DNA of 63,637 nucleotides, the filler included, from Chrysochromulina tobinii (Eukaryota), in NCBI GenBank assembly GCA_001275005.1. It is 10 parts of 10 records of this genome, joined end to end, with 100 filler letters (N's around TTAATTAATTAA, not from the genome) between each part and the next. Parts side by side here need not be neighbours in the genome. Positions count along the whole stretch, not along the records: positions 1 to 7,598 come from JWZX01000090.1; positions 7,699 to 15,487 come from JWZX01000092.1; 8 more parts are not named here. The stretch is one strand, 5' to 3'. Below are positions 1-10,600 of the stretch, piece by piece (within the stretch, counting starts at the first letter, position 1; each line of letters opens with the position of its first letter). The notes beneath the pieces are model-generated. The model had not been told where the DNA came from. It ran no database searches and worked only from the letters and a program-made list of their open reading frames with translations. The position numbers were made by a program, and so were the translations under genes.

Positions 1-26
1 CCTCCTCTGCCCCGCGACCCTCACAG

Positions 27-1128
27 AGGCAACACCTCGGGCCCCGATTACTTTTTGGATCCGCTGGCGAGCGCGCCGAGCGCTGCGACGGGCGAGGCGC
101 CGCCGGGCGCGACGATCAGCAACGCAGACCTGATCGCGCAGCTGCAGGCGCGCCAGGAGGCCAAGGCGCGGCGCGACTTCGCCACCGCCGACGCCATTCG
201 ATTCGCGTTGGAGCGGCAGCACGGGGTCAAGGTCACTGACTCTACCAAATCTTGGATCGCCAATGACGGGCGCAAAGGGAACACGGTCGGGCCCAACTTC
301 TTCTCGTTGGATGGGACGCCCTTTGCGGCAGGCTACCAAGCCCCGCCGGGCGTCGGTCCGGGGGCGCCGCCCGCCAATTACGGCGCTCATTCCGCGTACC
401 CGCCCGCCGCGTACCCACCGGCCGCGTACCCGCCGGCCGCCTACCCGCCGGCCGCCTACCCGCCGTATGGCGGCGGTTATCCTGTTGGTGGGTACGCGGG
501 CGGCGGGTACCCGACGGCAGGGGCCCACCTACCCGCCGGCGCCGCCCGGGATGCTCACGATGGAGGCAATCTTCGGCAAGCTCGCGGAGCGTGAAGACGC
601 GCGTCGTAAGCGCGACGACCCCCGCTCCGACCCGATTGACCTCTGATGACCTCTGATGGCCTCTCATGGCCTCTCATGACCTCTCACGACCTCTGATTGC
701 ATCCTTCATCAGGTAAGCGCGATTACCCCCGTTCCGACGCCATGCGAGATGAGCTTAAGGCCATGGGTGTGGCCGTGGATGATCGGCTGAGGACATGGAC
801 ATCGGCCGATGGACGCTCAGGGACTCTCGGGCCGCCGGGTGGTGGCGCCCCGACGGTTGGGATGCCTAATATGGTGCTGCCCGAGGTGGCGTCGCCGCAC
901 CATTCACAGCCCGCGCTGTCTCCCGTCGGTATTCACACCTATCCAGGCTACCCGCCCCATGCTCCCGTCGGCTACGAGCAGCACGCAGCGTACGACGCGT
1001 ACTACCAGCAGCAGCAGCAGCAGCAGCAACAGCAGTACGCGGCCTACTATTACGCCGCAGCGGGACAGCAGCCAGCGCCGGGGCAGCCGCCGTACGCGCC
1101 GTACGGTGCGGGCTACCCGTCGCGCTGA
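27..1128 (+). CDS. Protein with tandem CysRS C-terminal anticodon-binding-like repeats and Pro/Tyr/Gln-rich linkers (5'-partial, one frameshift near 520, intron 606-712)
   Basis: Two units ARRDFATADAIRFALERQHGVKVTDSTKSW and RRKRDYPRSDAMRDELKAMGVAVDDRLRTW resemble the cysteinyl-tRNA synthetase C-terminal motif. Splicing 606-712 (GT..AG) joins EDAR to RKRDY in frame. Confidence 0.7.
606..712 (+). other. Spliceosomal intron filled with 10-bp (GACCTCTGAT)-type tandem repeats
   Basis: GTAAG donor and TCATCAG acceptor; removal restores the reading frame of the repeat domain. Confidence 0.85.
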
Positions 1129-1547
1129 GTGAATTGCTGATGAGAGCGCTTTGCATGCTCTGGCGCGGTCGGACAGAGAGCTGGATCGTGTGGCTGAGGG
1201 CCGACGGCCCTGAGGGCGCGCGCGTGCGAGCTCAGATGATGCGCCTCGGACTTTACCAACGGCTCGCATCATACGATACACTCCCGACTCCGCTCGCCAG
1301 CCATGCGGATGGAGAAAAGATTAAGACCGGACGCGCGCGCTGGGGCAAGGCTATCGAATATATTTGCGCGGTACCGGCAGCATACAGCTGAGCTGCATAC
1401 TGTCTAGACGGCTGAAAACGGAGTAACAAACACCACATAATTTTGTACGTAACATCGTATTCTCATGCGTACGTACGATTGAAGTACGATTGTTCCGTTC
1501 CCCATTCGCGTCGGCTTTCTCGCTTATACGATATTCGGAATAGAAGC

Positions 1548-2633
1548 CTATCGTTCCCTGTCCCAACGCAAACTCAGACGGAGTAGCAAACATGAAACAA
1601 CGGTCAACGCAACAAGCCATAACGTAACTGCGAGCGGGAGGAGAGGTCCAAGCAGCGCTGTGACCCGCAGTAACAACGAAGGCATTTGCCATAGCAAACC
1701 TGCAATCGCCCCGCCAATGTGAGCATCATATCCCACTTCTCCGCACGGCTCGTCCTTCCTCTTGTGACCCACCAACTTGTAGAGCACCTTCTGAGCGGCG
1801 CCGAGTCGCAGCATGCCCGACAAGTCGATGGCCACATAAGTGGCCCAGAACACGAGGGGTGACACCCTATGGTCGTTGAACACGAACTTTTTGCCCCTCT
1901 TGAAGCACTCGATGCACCACCACGCCATCACTCCAGAGATTGCGCCAGAAGCCCCGAGCGACGGAGCACCGTCGGCACGAAGGTCATACTGCTGCCAGAT
2001 GCAGCGGAAGACGCTGGCAATCAGCCCGCTGGTCAGATAAAGGTGCGCAAATTTCGCCGTGCCAAGCCATTCTTCCGCCTCATGGCACATTTGCAATGCC
2101 CCGAGGTTGCTCGAAATGTGGTCGATGCTCATGTGCGAAAACACGCTCCCGAAGAGCGCAAAGGGCTGCAAGCGCAGCCGGCGCCAGCCGCCGGGGGGAG
2201 CTAGGAAGGTGCGCTCCATCAGCCCCTGGAATCTCTTGAAGAACTTGCCCGAGCGTCGGCGCGCTGTGGCGCGATTTGCAAGCACTTGGTCCATCATCAC
2301 CTTGAAGGCGCTCGAGCTCGCCATCCACAGGCCCCACACCGCCCAACACGCGAAAGTGACGATTCGGATGCCTCCGAACTTCGTCATGCCTCGAAACAGG
2401 GCTGCGTACAGCGCGACATTGATCAGCGCGAACTTGATTGTCTTCTCCTCTGTGCTCGCGCCTCCCCGCAATACGAGCGGACGAGTCGTCTCTGTTGTAT
2501 GAGACCCAGCGTGGGTAGATCTCGGCAACGTGCCCTTCGCAGCGATTGTAGCCGTAGGCGTAAGCTCGACACCAATCGCCGTCTGGCTCGCACACAGTGC
2601 TAGCAAGAACGAGGGCCGCCTGAATCGCCGCAT
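1548..2633 (-). CDS. Rhomboid-family intramembrane serine protease with signal peptide
   Basis: Motifs FSHMSIDHISSN, GASG (catalytic Ser) and YDAHIGGAIAG (catalytic His); several TM segments; hydrophobic N-terminal leader. Confidence 0.9.
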   Translation of the reverse strand: MRRFRRPSFLLALCASQTAIGVELTPTATIAAKGTLPRSTHAGSHTTETTRPLVLRGGASTEEKTIKFALINVALYAALFRGMTKFGGIRIVTFACWAVWGLWMASSSAFKVMMDQVLANRATARRRSGKFFKRFQGLMERTFLAPPGGWRRLRLQPFALFGSVFSHMSIDHISSNLGALQMCHEAEEWLGTAKFAHLYLTSGLIASVFRCIWQQYDLRADGAPSLGASGAISGVMAWWCIECFKRGKKFVFNDHRVSPLVFWATYVAIDLSGMLRLGAAQKVLYKLVGHKRKDEPCGEVGYDAHIGGAIAGLLWQMPSLLLRVTALLGPLLPLAVTLWLVALTVVSCLLLRLSLRWDRER

Positions 2634-2787
2634 GGGCTTCCTCCCTGTGGAATCACCATGTTCGGCGTGGTACCGGCCTTCGGTTCCGGTAACGCCGTCG
2701 GAGTGGCCGAGGTCAATCCGGCAGTCAGTCGGTCAGTTGTTTCCGCGGCACGCAGCCCCCCCGCGCTCACTTCACCTCCAGGCCCCA

Positions 2788-3675
2788 ATGTGATATGAGG
2801 GGTGGGGGAGTACGTGCCCGCGCTCACGCGTGCGTTGCCTTGGGCCGGTGTGTGGCCTTCGGTCGGCCGAAGATAAGCGTCTGGGGACACGCTGGTGCAC
2901 GGAGCGCGCCTGCCAAAGTTGCATGCAATTCATTCACCACACCCCTTTTTTGGTACCTATTTGATGTTTCTGTTTCGAGTTTTCTGTTTGAGACGCCCCT
3001 GCACCAAAATTCTCTCGAGACACTCAATGGACACTCTCAACTACGCACCAGATGGCGCTTCCGTGCGCTCCCGGTCACTACCCGGTCACCCTCAGACACG
3101 CTCGCTCGAGGTCGCACCCCAACACCCACCCACCACGCCCATCCGTGTGACCGAGAGTCAAGAACTGGTCATCACCCCAGACGTTGTTGCGCCCGTCGAT
3201 ACGAGCTGCCCGGGCTGCCTGGCTCCTACGTGATACGTCTCCACCCTCTTTATACGATCCCCGGGGATCCCCACGCCCCGCTTCGCGCTACTCGAGCGGT
3301 ATAGACATCCCGGAGCGATACACACGCCCCCGGATATGAAACCACCGTAGTTGCATGAAACCACCCGCCTTGTTCGGCGGGCACCGAGACCGGTAAGAGG
3401 GGTACGTAGCGTTCGAGATACAGTGGCCAGCATCGTCTGACCCGATAGACACCGTCTCAAAGGACGGCTCCGCTCCCCTCGGTCAACACAAGTACTGAGT
3501 ACTCGCTCGCTCGGGCTACTCAATTTCGCTAGTGAGGTCGGTCTCTCCCAGCACACAGTGTGGTCTCTGCTCTCTGGTGCTCTCTGCCCTATACTACCGG
3601 GCGGGATTGTGTTAGGCAATCAGGTGGGGGGTGGGGGGAGGGGTGGGGGTGGGGTTTTGTCAACCGTCACCACAT
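2788..3675 (+). mobile_element. Dispersed repeat family A, copy 1
   Basis: Blocks GGGGTGGGGGAGTACGTG...GGCCGAAGATAAGCGTCTGGGG, GTCTCAAAGGACGGCTCCGCTCCCCTCGGTCAACACAAG and TACTACCGGGCGGGA...GCAATCAGGTGGGG recur at 3964-4371, 23294-23338 and (inverted) 46643-47070. Confidence 0.8.
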
Positions 3676-3963
3676 CTCTGCCGTCGTTGTCCTGCCGCTG
3701 CAGAAATAGACTTCGAATTCCACGGGGCGAATTAAGTCCAAGGGGCGAATACCTATACGATGAGGGAGCAGACGCAATACACAACCATGTTGCCAAATTA
3801 TAACATCCCAACCGACATGCAGGCCCCCTTTCACCCTTCAGCGTTCAGCCCGGCCCCGTGGTCAGTCGCACCAGCCAACCACAGCGCACAGGCCCATGCA
3901 GGCCATACAATGTACCACAGCAGCTGCTCCGCTCTTCTCGTCTGAAAGTCGCCTACCCCTAAC

Positions 3964-4371
3964 ATGATAGAAGGGGTGGGGGAGTACGTCTCCCCTACAA
4001 ATAGCTTGGAAAGGGGTGGGGGAGTACGTGCACGCGCTCACGCGCGCTTTGCCCAGACATGATACAAGGGGTGGGGGAGTACGTGCACGCGCTCACGCGT
4101 GTGTTGCCTTGGGCCGGTGTGTGGCCTTCGGTCGGCCGAAGATAAGCGTCTGGGGACACGCTGGTGCACGGAGCGCGTTTGCCAAAGTTGCATGCATTTC
4201 ATTCCGCAGACCCTTTTCACACCACAGTCAGTCAGTCAGTTTCGTCGCGGTCCCCCTGCGCTCACCACACCTCCCGAAACTATCTTTGGTATCAGGGTGG
4301 GGGAGTAAGTGCACGCGCTCACTCGTGCGTTGCCACCGTCTCAAAGGACGGCTCCGCTCCCCTCGGTCAAC
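3964..4371 (+). mobile_element. Dispersed repeat family A, clustered partial copies
   Basis: Four GGGTGGGGGAGTA starts (about 3973, 4013, 4068, 4295) plus blocks nearly identical to 2799-2928 and 3451-3487. Confidence 0.8.
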
Positions 4372-4445
4372 GATCGGCGAAAGCAAGCTGAGAACACTCA
4401 GTGCCTGCATTCAAATGCTGGAGCAACTGCGGCGCCCAGCACAGC

Positions 4446-5692
4446 CGGGTGCGGGGGGGGTTGTTATCGAGTTTGGGTGGGTTTGTTATCAGGATACGTA
4501 TCCTGATGTAGCTTATGATGTAGCCTGCGTGTATCATGAAGGATACACGTATCCTGATGCATCCTGATGTATCTCAAATGTATCTTACATGCTCTGTTAC
4601 ATTCGAAGAGAATACATGTATCTTGACATTTTGCATGTATTTTGTCATGTATCCCAAAGGAGTCCAAGATACATTTGGGATACATGTCAGATACACATCA
4701 AGATACATGTATCTTGCGCACTTCCTTGGTGTCACCTTGGATACATATCAGGATACATCAGGATACGTGTATCCTTGACTGTTCATCACGTCGATACATC
4801 AGGATACACCCTACACCGAGATGTATCTTGGACGGGATACATGCGGGATACAATCTGAAATGCATACCTCGAATGTATCCAGAGAGGTACGTATCTGAGA
4901 TGCAAGATACATACAAGATACATTAGGGATACAAGTATCTGCAGAGGTGATCAAGATACATAGACGGGATACATCTGAGATATATTATGGGATACATGTA
5001 TCTCAAATGCATCCAGAGAGAGATCGATGCCATCATCGTGTGTGTAGCGCACCTATCAGGACACCCATTTGCTCCTTGTGTTGTAGTGGGTCTTCTCCAT
5101 CACAACCAGCACCCAGCAGCTCCTCCATCTTCTGCTTTGTCATGGCCACCCCGAAGGCGGAGGCGAGGGTGGTGGCGGCGAGGGCGACAGCGTAGCGACA
5201 GCGACCGGGCGACAGCGAAAAGAACCACTCAAGCCAGCCTAGAAGCTCTGAAGGGAGGCAAGGGAGCTGCTGTGGCACCTAAGGCACCTGCCAAGGCATC
5301 TAAGGCAGCTAAGGAGGCGCCCTAAGGCGTTGCCCCAGCGCGCATCCAAGCGCGCCCGCAAGTAGGGCTCGAGATACGTATCCTTGAATGTATCCCTATG
5401 TATCGTGAATGTATCCTGTGTGTCATGTATCTGAGGGTTAAGATACATTGTATCCTAAATGTATCCTAAATGCATCGTAAAGAAGGATACATATGCTCAT
5501 ATCCCTAGGTAAGATACATTTCCTATGATAGCCAACGTGACAGATACAAATGTATCTTGATGTATCTTGATGTATCTTGAACGGGACACATCAAGATACA
5601 TGCAAGATACATGCATGATACATGCAATATATACATAGGATATGTATCCTGATAACAAACCCACCCAAATTCGATAACAAACCCCCGTCACT
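4446..5692. mobile_element. Non-autonomous TIR DNA transposon with GATACA/TGTATC subterminal arrays
   Basis: About 50-bp inverted repeats: GGGGTTGTTATCGAGTTTGGGTGGGTTTGTTATCAGGATAC (about 4457-4497) versus GTATCCTGATAACAAACCCACCCAAATTCGATAACAAACCCCC (5644-5686). Direct repeat CCAGCACAGC at 4436-4445 and 5693-5702. Confidence 0.85.
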
Positions 5693-7598
5693 CCAGCACA
5701 GCACCCCCACACCGTGTGACACGGGGAGAAGGGAAAAGGGGGGGCGAGAAAGAAATATAACGGCAAAAAGTGCATGTCACGGGTCCGGCCCAAACTCGAC
5801 TCAGGTGCGCACAGGCGACACAGGCAAAAGAAGTACACGTAGGACCGGTGACGCGGCCACGCGGCTCCGGCCGCAGGGAGGGAGCTCGATATGGAACGAG
5901 GCTGAAAGGTAGGCCGCCGTCCGCGCTCGAGATACAAGCGCGGGCAAGGGCAGGCACTCCCGTTACTCACGGGAGAAACGGTTGGAGGTGAAAAGGGGGA
6001 TGATAGGCAGACTCTGTACAGAGGCGAGCCGGTATCACCCGAGATCTGGGTGTGTGTGTACGAGGTACCCGGGAGCATTCATGTGAATGAGAGACGCGGG
6101 GAGACGGCGCGTCGCTGTTTGCGACGTCGTCTCCGCGTCGGCTCTGAGAGAGCCGCGCGTCTTTGGGCATTGTTTGTGTCCGAACCCACCCGCCCACCCG
6201 TGTCGGACTTGTATGCCCATAGTTGTTTGTGGGGTGCTGGGACGCAGGTGTGTGGTAGGCCGACCGGTTCCCACCTGGGAGCCGGTCGGCACGGTCGATT
6301 GACCCACTACCCCTTTGCTATTAACTTCTCTTAGTGCACCCGGAAGAGAAGCTGAGCGGATCAGCGGCGCCCTCCGGGGTGGTTGCCCGGTTCGTTGACC
6401 CTGGGTATTCATGGGTATGCGGCATGGCGACTCTGAACCGTGTCTGTGAGTGCGGTATGCGTTGCACGTCGCGAGCATGAGGATGAAGCGATTTGTGTGA
6501 ACGTATGCGTATGCGAGGTGTGAACTTTGTGCGTGTAGGGGATTGTCATGAACTATGAGCGGTATGTGTTCCACCTCGCGAGAATGAAGCGAGTGTGAAC
6601 GTGTACGAGGTGTTGCCCTTCACGTATTGAGTTGTACGTGTGGTGTGAATGAATTCTATGAATGCTAACCTTTACCCGCTTCACGCTCCCCAGCGCGTAT
6701 CTGAGATTTGGTTGCCGGTCTTCACTGTGTCCTGTTTCACTGTTAACAAAAGAGCCCAATACATTGTATCGGCATAATTTGTCTCCACTCTCCAGGCAGA
6801 GTTCAGACAACGCCAACAGTTAGGCCGCGCAGCCGCCTCACTTTTGGCAGCGGCAGACACTTTACACAAGTCACTAAGGACGACGCGACACCGCTGCGTA
6901 CGCGGGTACGCTTACTGCGGGTCACAGCGCTGAACAGCACTCCCGTTCTCTTTTACCCGACCGACACGTTCGCGGAACTCGAGTGGTTAGTGGCAGTACT
7001 GGAAACGTACGCGCACGCGGTTCGAGTCCCAGAGAGGAACAAACCAGCAAACAACCCTTACAGGCATTGTGCCGGAATGCCGCTGCCGCCGTCGGTGCAG
7101 GCGGCCAAACCGGGACCGAGGCGTGGCGCTGTTCAACGGCCAACGCTAAATAACCAGGCCTCAAGCAAGATGCTCGGCCTGCACTTACGGTCGGGGCGAG
7201 AATGTAAACTAGTAAAATCCTGGGGACCCTGAAAAAGGCGAGCCGCGTACTGTCTCGGACGCTGGACTCGGAACAGTTCTCGAAGCCGGTCGTCCGTGCG
7301 TCCGTCCGTAAAAAAAAAAGAAGCTTTTTTTGCCCCCGCGCGCGCGTCCTCCGCCCCGCTGCGGCCGGTTCCAGGCGCGTCGAAGGACGGCGCCGCCTCC
7401 AACCATCTCTCAATTCGCCATCGACCTGCGCCCCTTTCGCCGCGCGCCTTGACGCGCGCGCGCTACGGAGGAGCTGCGCTCGGACTCTTAATCGGGCCAG
7501 CTCGTGCCCGCGCAGCACGGATCGATGGCGCTGAGCGCGCGCGCGTGCTGTGCAGGTGCGGCGGCGAAGGCGCCGACGCAGCGCGTTGCGCGGCGCAA

Positions 7599-7698
7599 NN
7601 NNNNNNNNNNNNNNNNNNNNNNNNNNNNNNNNNNNNNNNNNNTTAATTAATTAANNNNNNNNNNNNNNNNNNNNNNNNNNNNNNNNNNNNNNNNNNNN
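7599..7698. other. Artificial contig spacer N44-TTAATTAATTAA-N44 (same spacer at 15488, 20124, 24841, 39333, 43552, 56099, 60354, 61987)
   Basis: Identical 100-bp structure occurs nine times; TTAATTAATTAA gives stops in all six frames. Confidence 0.98.
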
Positions 7699-10600
7699 GA
7701 CCTCGCCACCTGCGTCGTCGTCAAGGTGCTGCTCCCGTCCAACAACCTGATCGGCTCACTCGACGGCGCGCTCTGCGAGCTGCCCTCTCTGCAGCACCTC
7801 GACCTCTCGGGCAACGCGCTCACGGGCAGCCTTCCCTCCGCCGCCGACTGCTGGCCGCGCCTCACCTACCTCGACCTGACGCAGACGCGCTCGTGGGACG
7901 ACGAGGGCGGCGTTTCCGGCCGCGTGCCCGAGTGGCTCCTCGACCGCCTCAACTTTATGGCGCCGCTGCACCTCGCCAACAACGCCTTTGACGACCCGAC
8001 GGCCGCCGAGTCCGCCGTTGCGATCAGCCGGATCTGGCAGCGCTGCCAGACGCTCGGCGCGGAGCGGTGCTCGGGCGTGCCGCCGATTGGCTGCAGCGCC
8101 TTCAACCGCCAGGGCCAGCGCTACGAGGTGGAGCTCGACGGCCTCGGATGCGTGCGCTGCCCGACGCCGCTCGAGATGGGCCTCGTCGGCTGCGGCATCG
8201 CTTTCATCGTGCTGCTCCTTATGCGCCTCTTGGGCTTGTACACGCGCTTCATGCGCGACTACCCAGAGCACGCCAAGACCCACTTCGCCACGTTCATGAT
8301 CCTCGTGGGCCACCTGCAGACGCTCACCATCATCGGCAGCATGCAGCTAGGCTGGCCGCTCATCATCCAGGAGATCCTCGCGAGCATCAACTTGCCGTTC
8401 ATGAGCTACATCCCGGTGCCGTGCATCCTGACCGACCCGGTGCTCAAGGCGCTGCTGAGCTACGCAGAGACCGCCGTCGCGCTGCTGCCGCTCGTGGGCG
8501 CCTGGCTTGTCGCGTCCGAATACGACCTGAGCGTGCTCTTCAGCTTTCTCTTCACTTTCGGCCTCCGTGCGAGCGTGACCCTCTTCATGCGCTACGACGA
8601 GGACCAGACTCGGCTGATCATCGCCCGCCTCGTGGCGCCGCTCCTCTGGCTCTTCTGGCTCTTCCTGCTCTGGCGCTTCCATCGGCTGCTGCGCGAGGCC
8701 CGGATGACGGAGGAGAACGCGGCTGCAGCAAAAGCGAAGGCGGCAGCGGCGGAGGCAGCTCCAGCGCCCACCGGCCGCATCGGGATGGGTGAATACGTCA
8801 TGGTTAATGGCAGGCGCGGCAAGATCACGTCCGACAACGGGACTAGTAATCCGTACAAGGTCACCTTCGACAACGGGGAGGTGAGCGGATGGCTCTACCC
8901 CCATGGCGTGACTCGGGATGTGACTCGGGCTCCGGAGGCGGCGAAGGCGGCGAGGGCGGCGAGGGCGGAGGCGGTGCCCTTGCAAAAAAAGGCGCGCCGC
9001 GCGGCAGAGGCTGTGCGCTCCCTGACCGAGCGGTACGCGAGCGACGACGGCCTGAGTCATGGGGACTTCCTGCTTTTGGCGGAAAAGGAAATCGATGGGC
9101 CTATTCGCGAGCGGCTGGAAGATGGCACCATCCGGCTGCTGTTCTGTGAGTGGCTGCTCTCAGAGGACTCGGACAAGTACCTGGGTCGCGATGCGTCCGG
9201 TAAGGTGATCATGCGCCGGCGGCAGGAGCTGCCCAAGGAGGCATTCTTGACGAACGAAGAAGCGGTCAAGTTATTCGACCAAGCCGACCGCTCCATCCTC
9301 GCCCTCTCCTATCGATGGCTGACCGCAATACATCCGGATCCGCACGGCACGGCGCTCTTTGCCGTGCGCCGCTTCCTCGGCAGCGAAGCCGGCCTCGGCA
9401 AGTGCGGAATGTTTTGGGACTTCGCCTCGCTTCCGCAGAAGGATATCGACAATGGCCAACGTACTGTCGAGGAAGCAGTCACCATGAAGCGCGGGCTAGT
9501 AGGTATGGGCTACTTCTACGCGAGCATGCGCGGCACGGCCATCGTTCAGCTCAAGGACATCCCGCCGCGTCCGTCCGAGTACGACGGGCGCATGATCGTC
9601 TTCGATGAAAAGTACTCCGAGAAGACGAGCGAGAAGGACGTGGTCGCCGATCTCGAACGCTTCGGAGGGAAGATAACCAAAATCGCCTTCAAGGCAGGCG
9701 AGGCGCATGTGACCTTCGCAACGCACGAGCAGGCGAAAGACTGCATCGCTGAACTGGACGAGGACAAACGAGGTGCGTGCACTGTGTACAACGAGACCGC
9801 GTACAGCCGCGACCGCGGCGAACCGTTTAGCGGCTGGTGCACATTCGAGCAGGGCTCCTCAAAGCTGGCAGCGGCGCACTTGAACATGGCATCCCGTCAG
9901 GCCTCGAAGCGCTCGACCGTGCTGCCAGAGCGGCTCAAGCAAGCTAACGCCAGCCGTGCCAAGGTCATTGACATTAGCGACAGTCAGGTGCGCACCGTCG
10001 ATGTGAAGGAGTCTCCCGAAAGTGTTCTCAAGAAGACGAACGACGACCTCGAGAAGGCAACGTTCGTCGGCAAAGGCGATGCCGAGAAAGTCAAGCAGCT
10101 GCTCGTCAAGCTCGAGTGGTCGATGAAATTGGCATTGGATCAGGCCACCGCCGATCACGCAAGGAGAGAGCAGCTCGCTTGTGCACATTGGCCACTCCGC
10201 TCGCAGTGGCAGCTCGTCGTATGGGCGCGGCAGGGGCTCCTCTTCCTCGTGTCCTTCGCCATGGACTGTGTGATGTGGTTCTCGCCGTACGAAGCGCTCC
10301 GGACCGCACGCTTCGTCTTTGCCGCGCTTGCGATCGCCGTCCTCGGTGGCTTCTTGTGGCTGCAGGCCCGGCGTCAGCCGTACGCGAAGCGTCAGCAGCA
10401 TTTGCTCGAGGTCTTCCTCTACGCGGTCGACATCATGGCCATCATCCTGGCCGTCGTGTACGGCGCACTCACCAACGACGGCACGGTGCAGGACGGGTTC
10501 GGGCGGCTGGCGCTCGAGCTGGTCCTTGGCGCGCTGCTCATCCTCTCCGTGGTCGGTGCGGCGCGGCTCTTCATCTTCGACTATAAGTTCGAGCGCTCGT

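Noticed and set aside
4464..5448. Cys/Tyr/Ile-rich small ORFs
   Set aside because: Translation artefacts of the GATACA/TGTATC array.
5941..6020. Similarity (reverse complement) to 15588-15715, including CTCCAACCGTT and a 7-bp hairpin
   Set aside because: Only short patches match; insufficient to call a shared element by eye.
6425..6437. CA-TGGCGACTCTG as a Gypsy-type primer-binding site
   Set aside because: Short match with no paired LTR or gag/pol.
7599..7698. TTAATTAATTAA within N runs as a biological motif, and gene clustering across such spacers
   Set aside because: Identical artificial linker repeated nine times; cross-gap synteny is unsupported.
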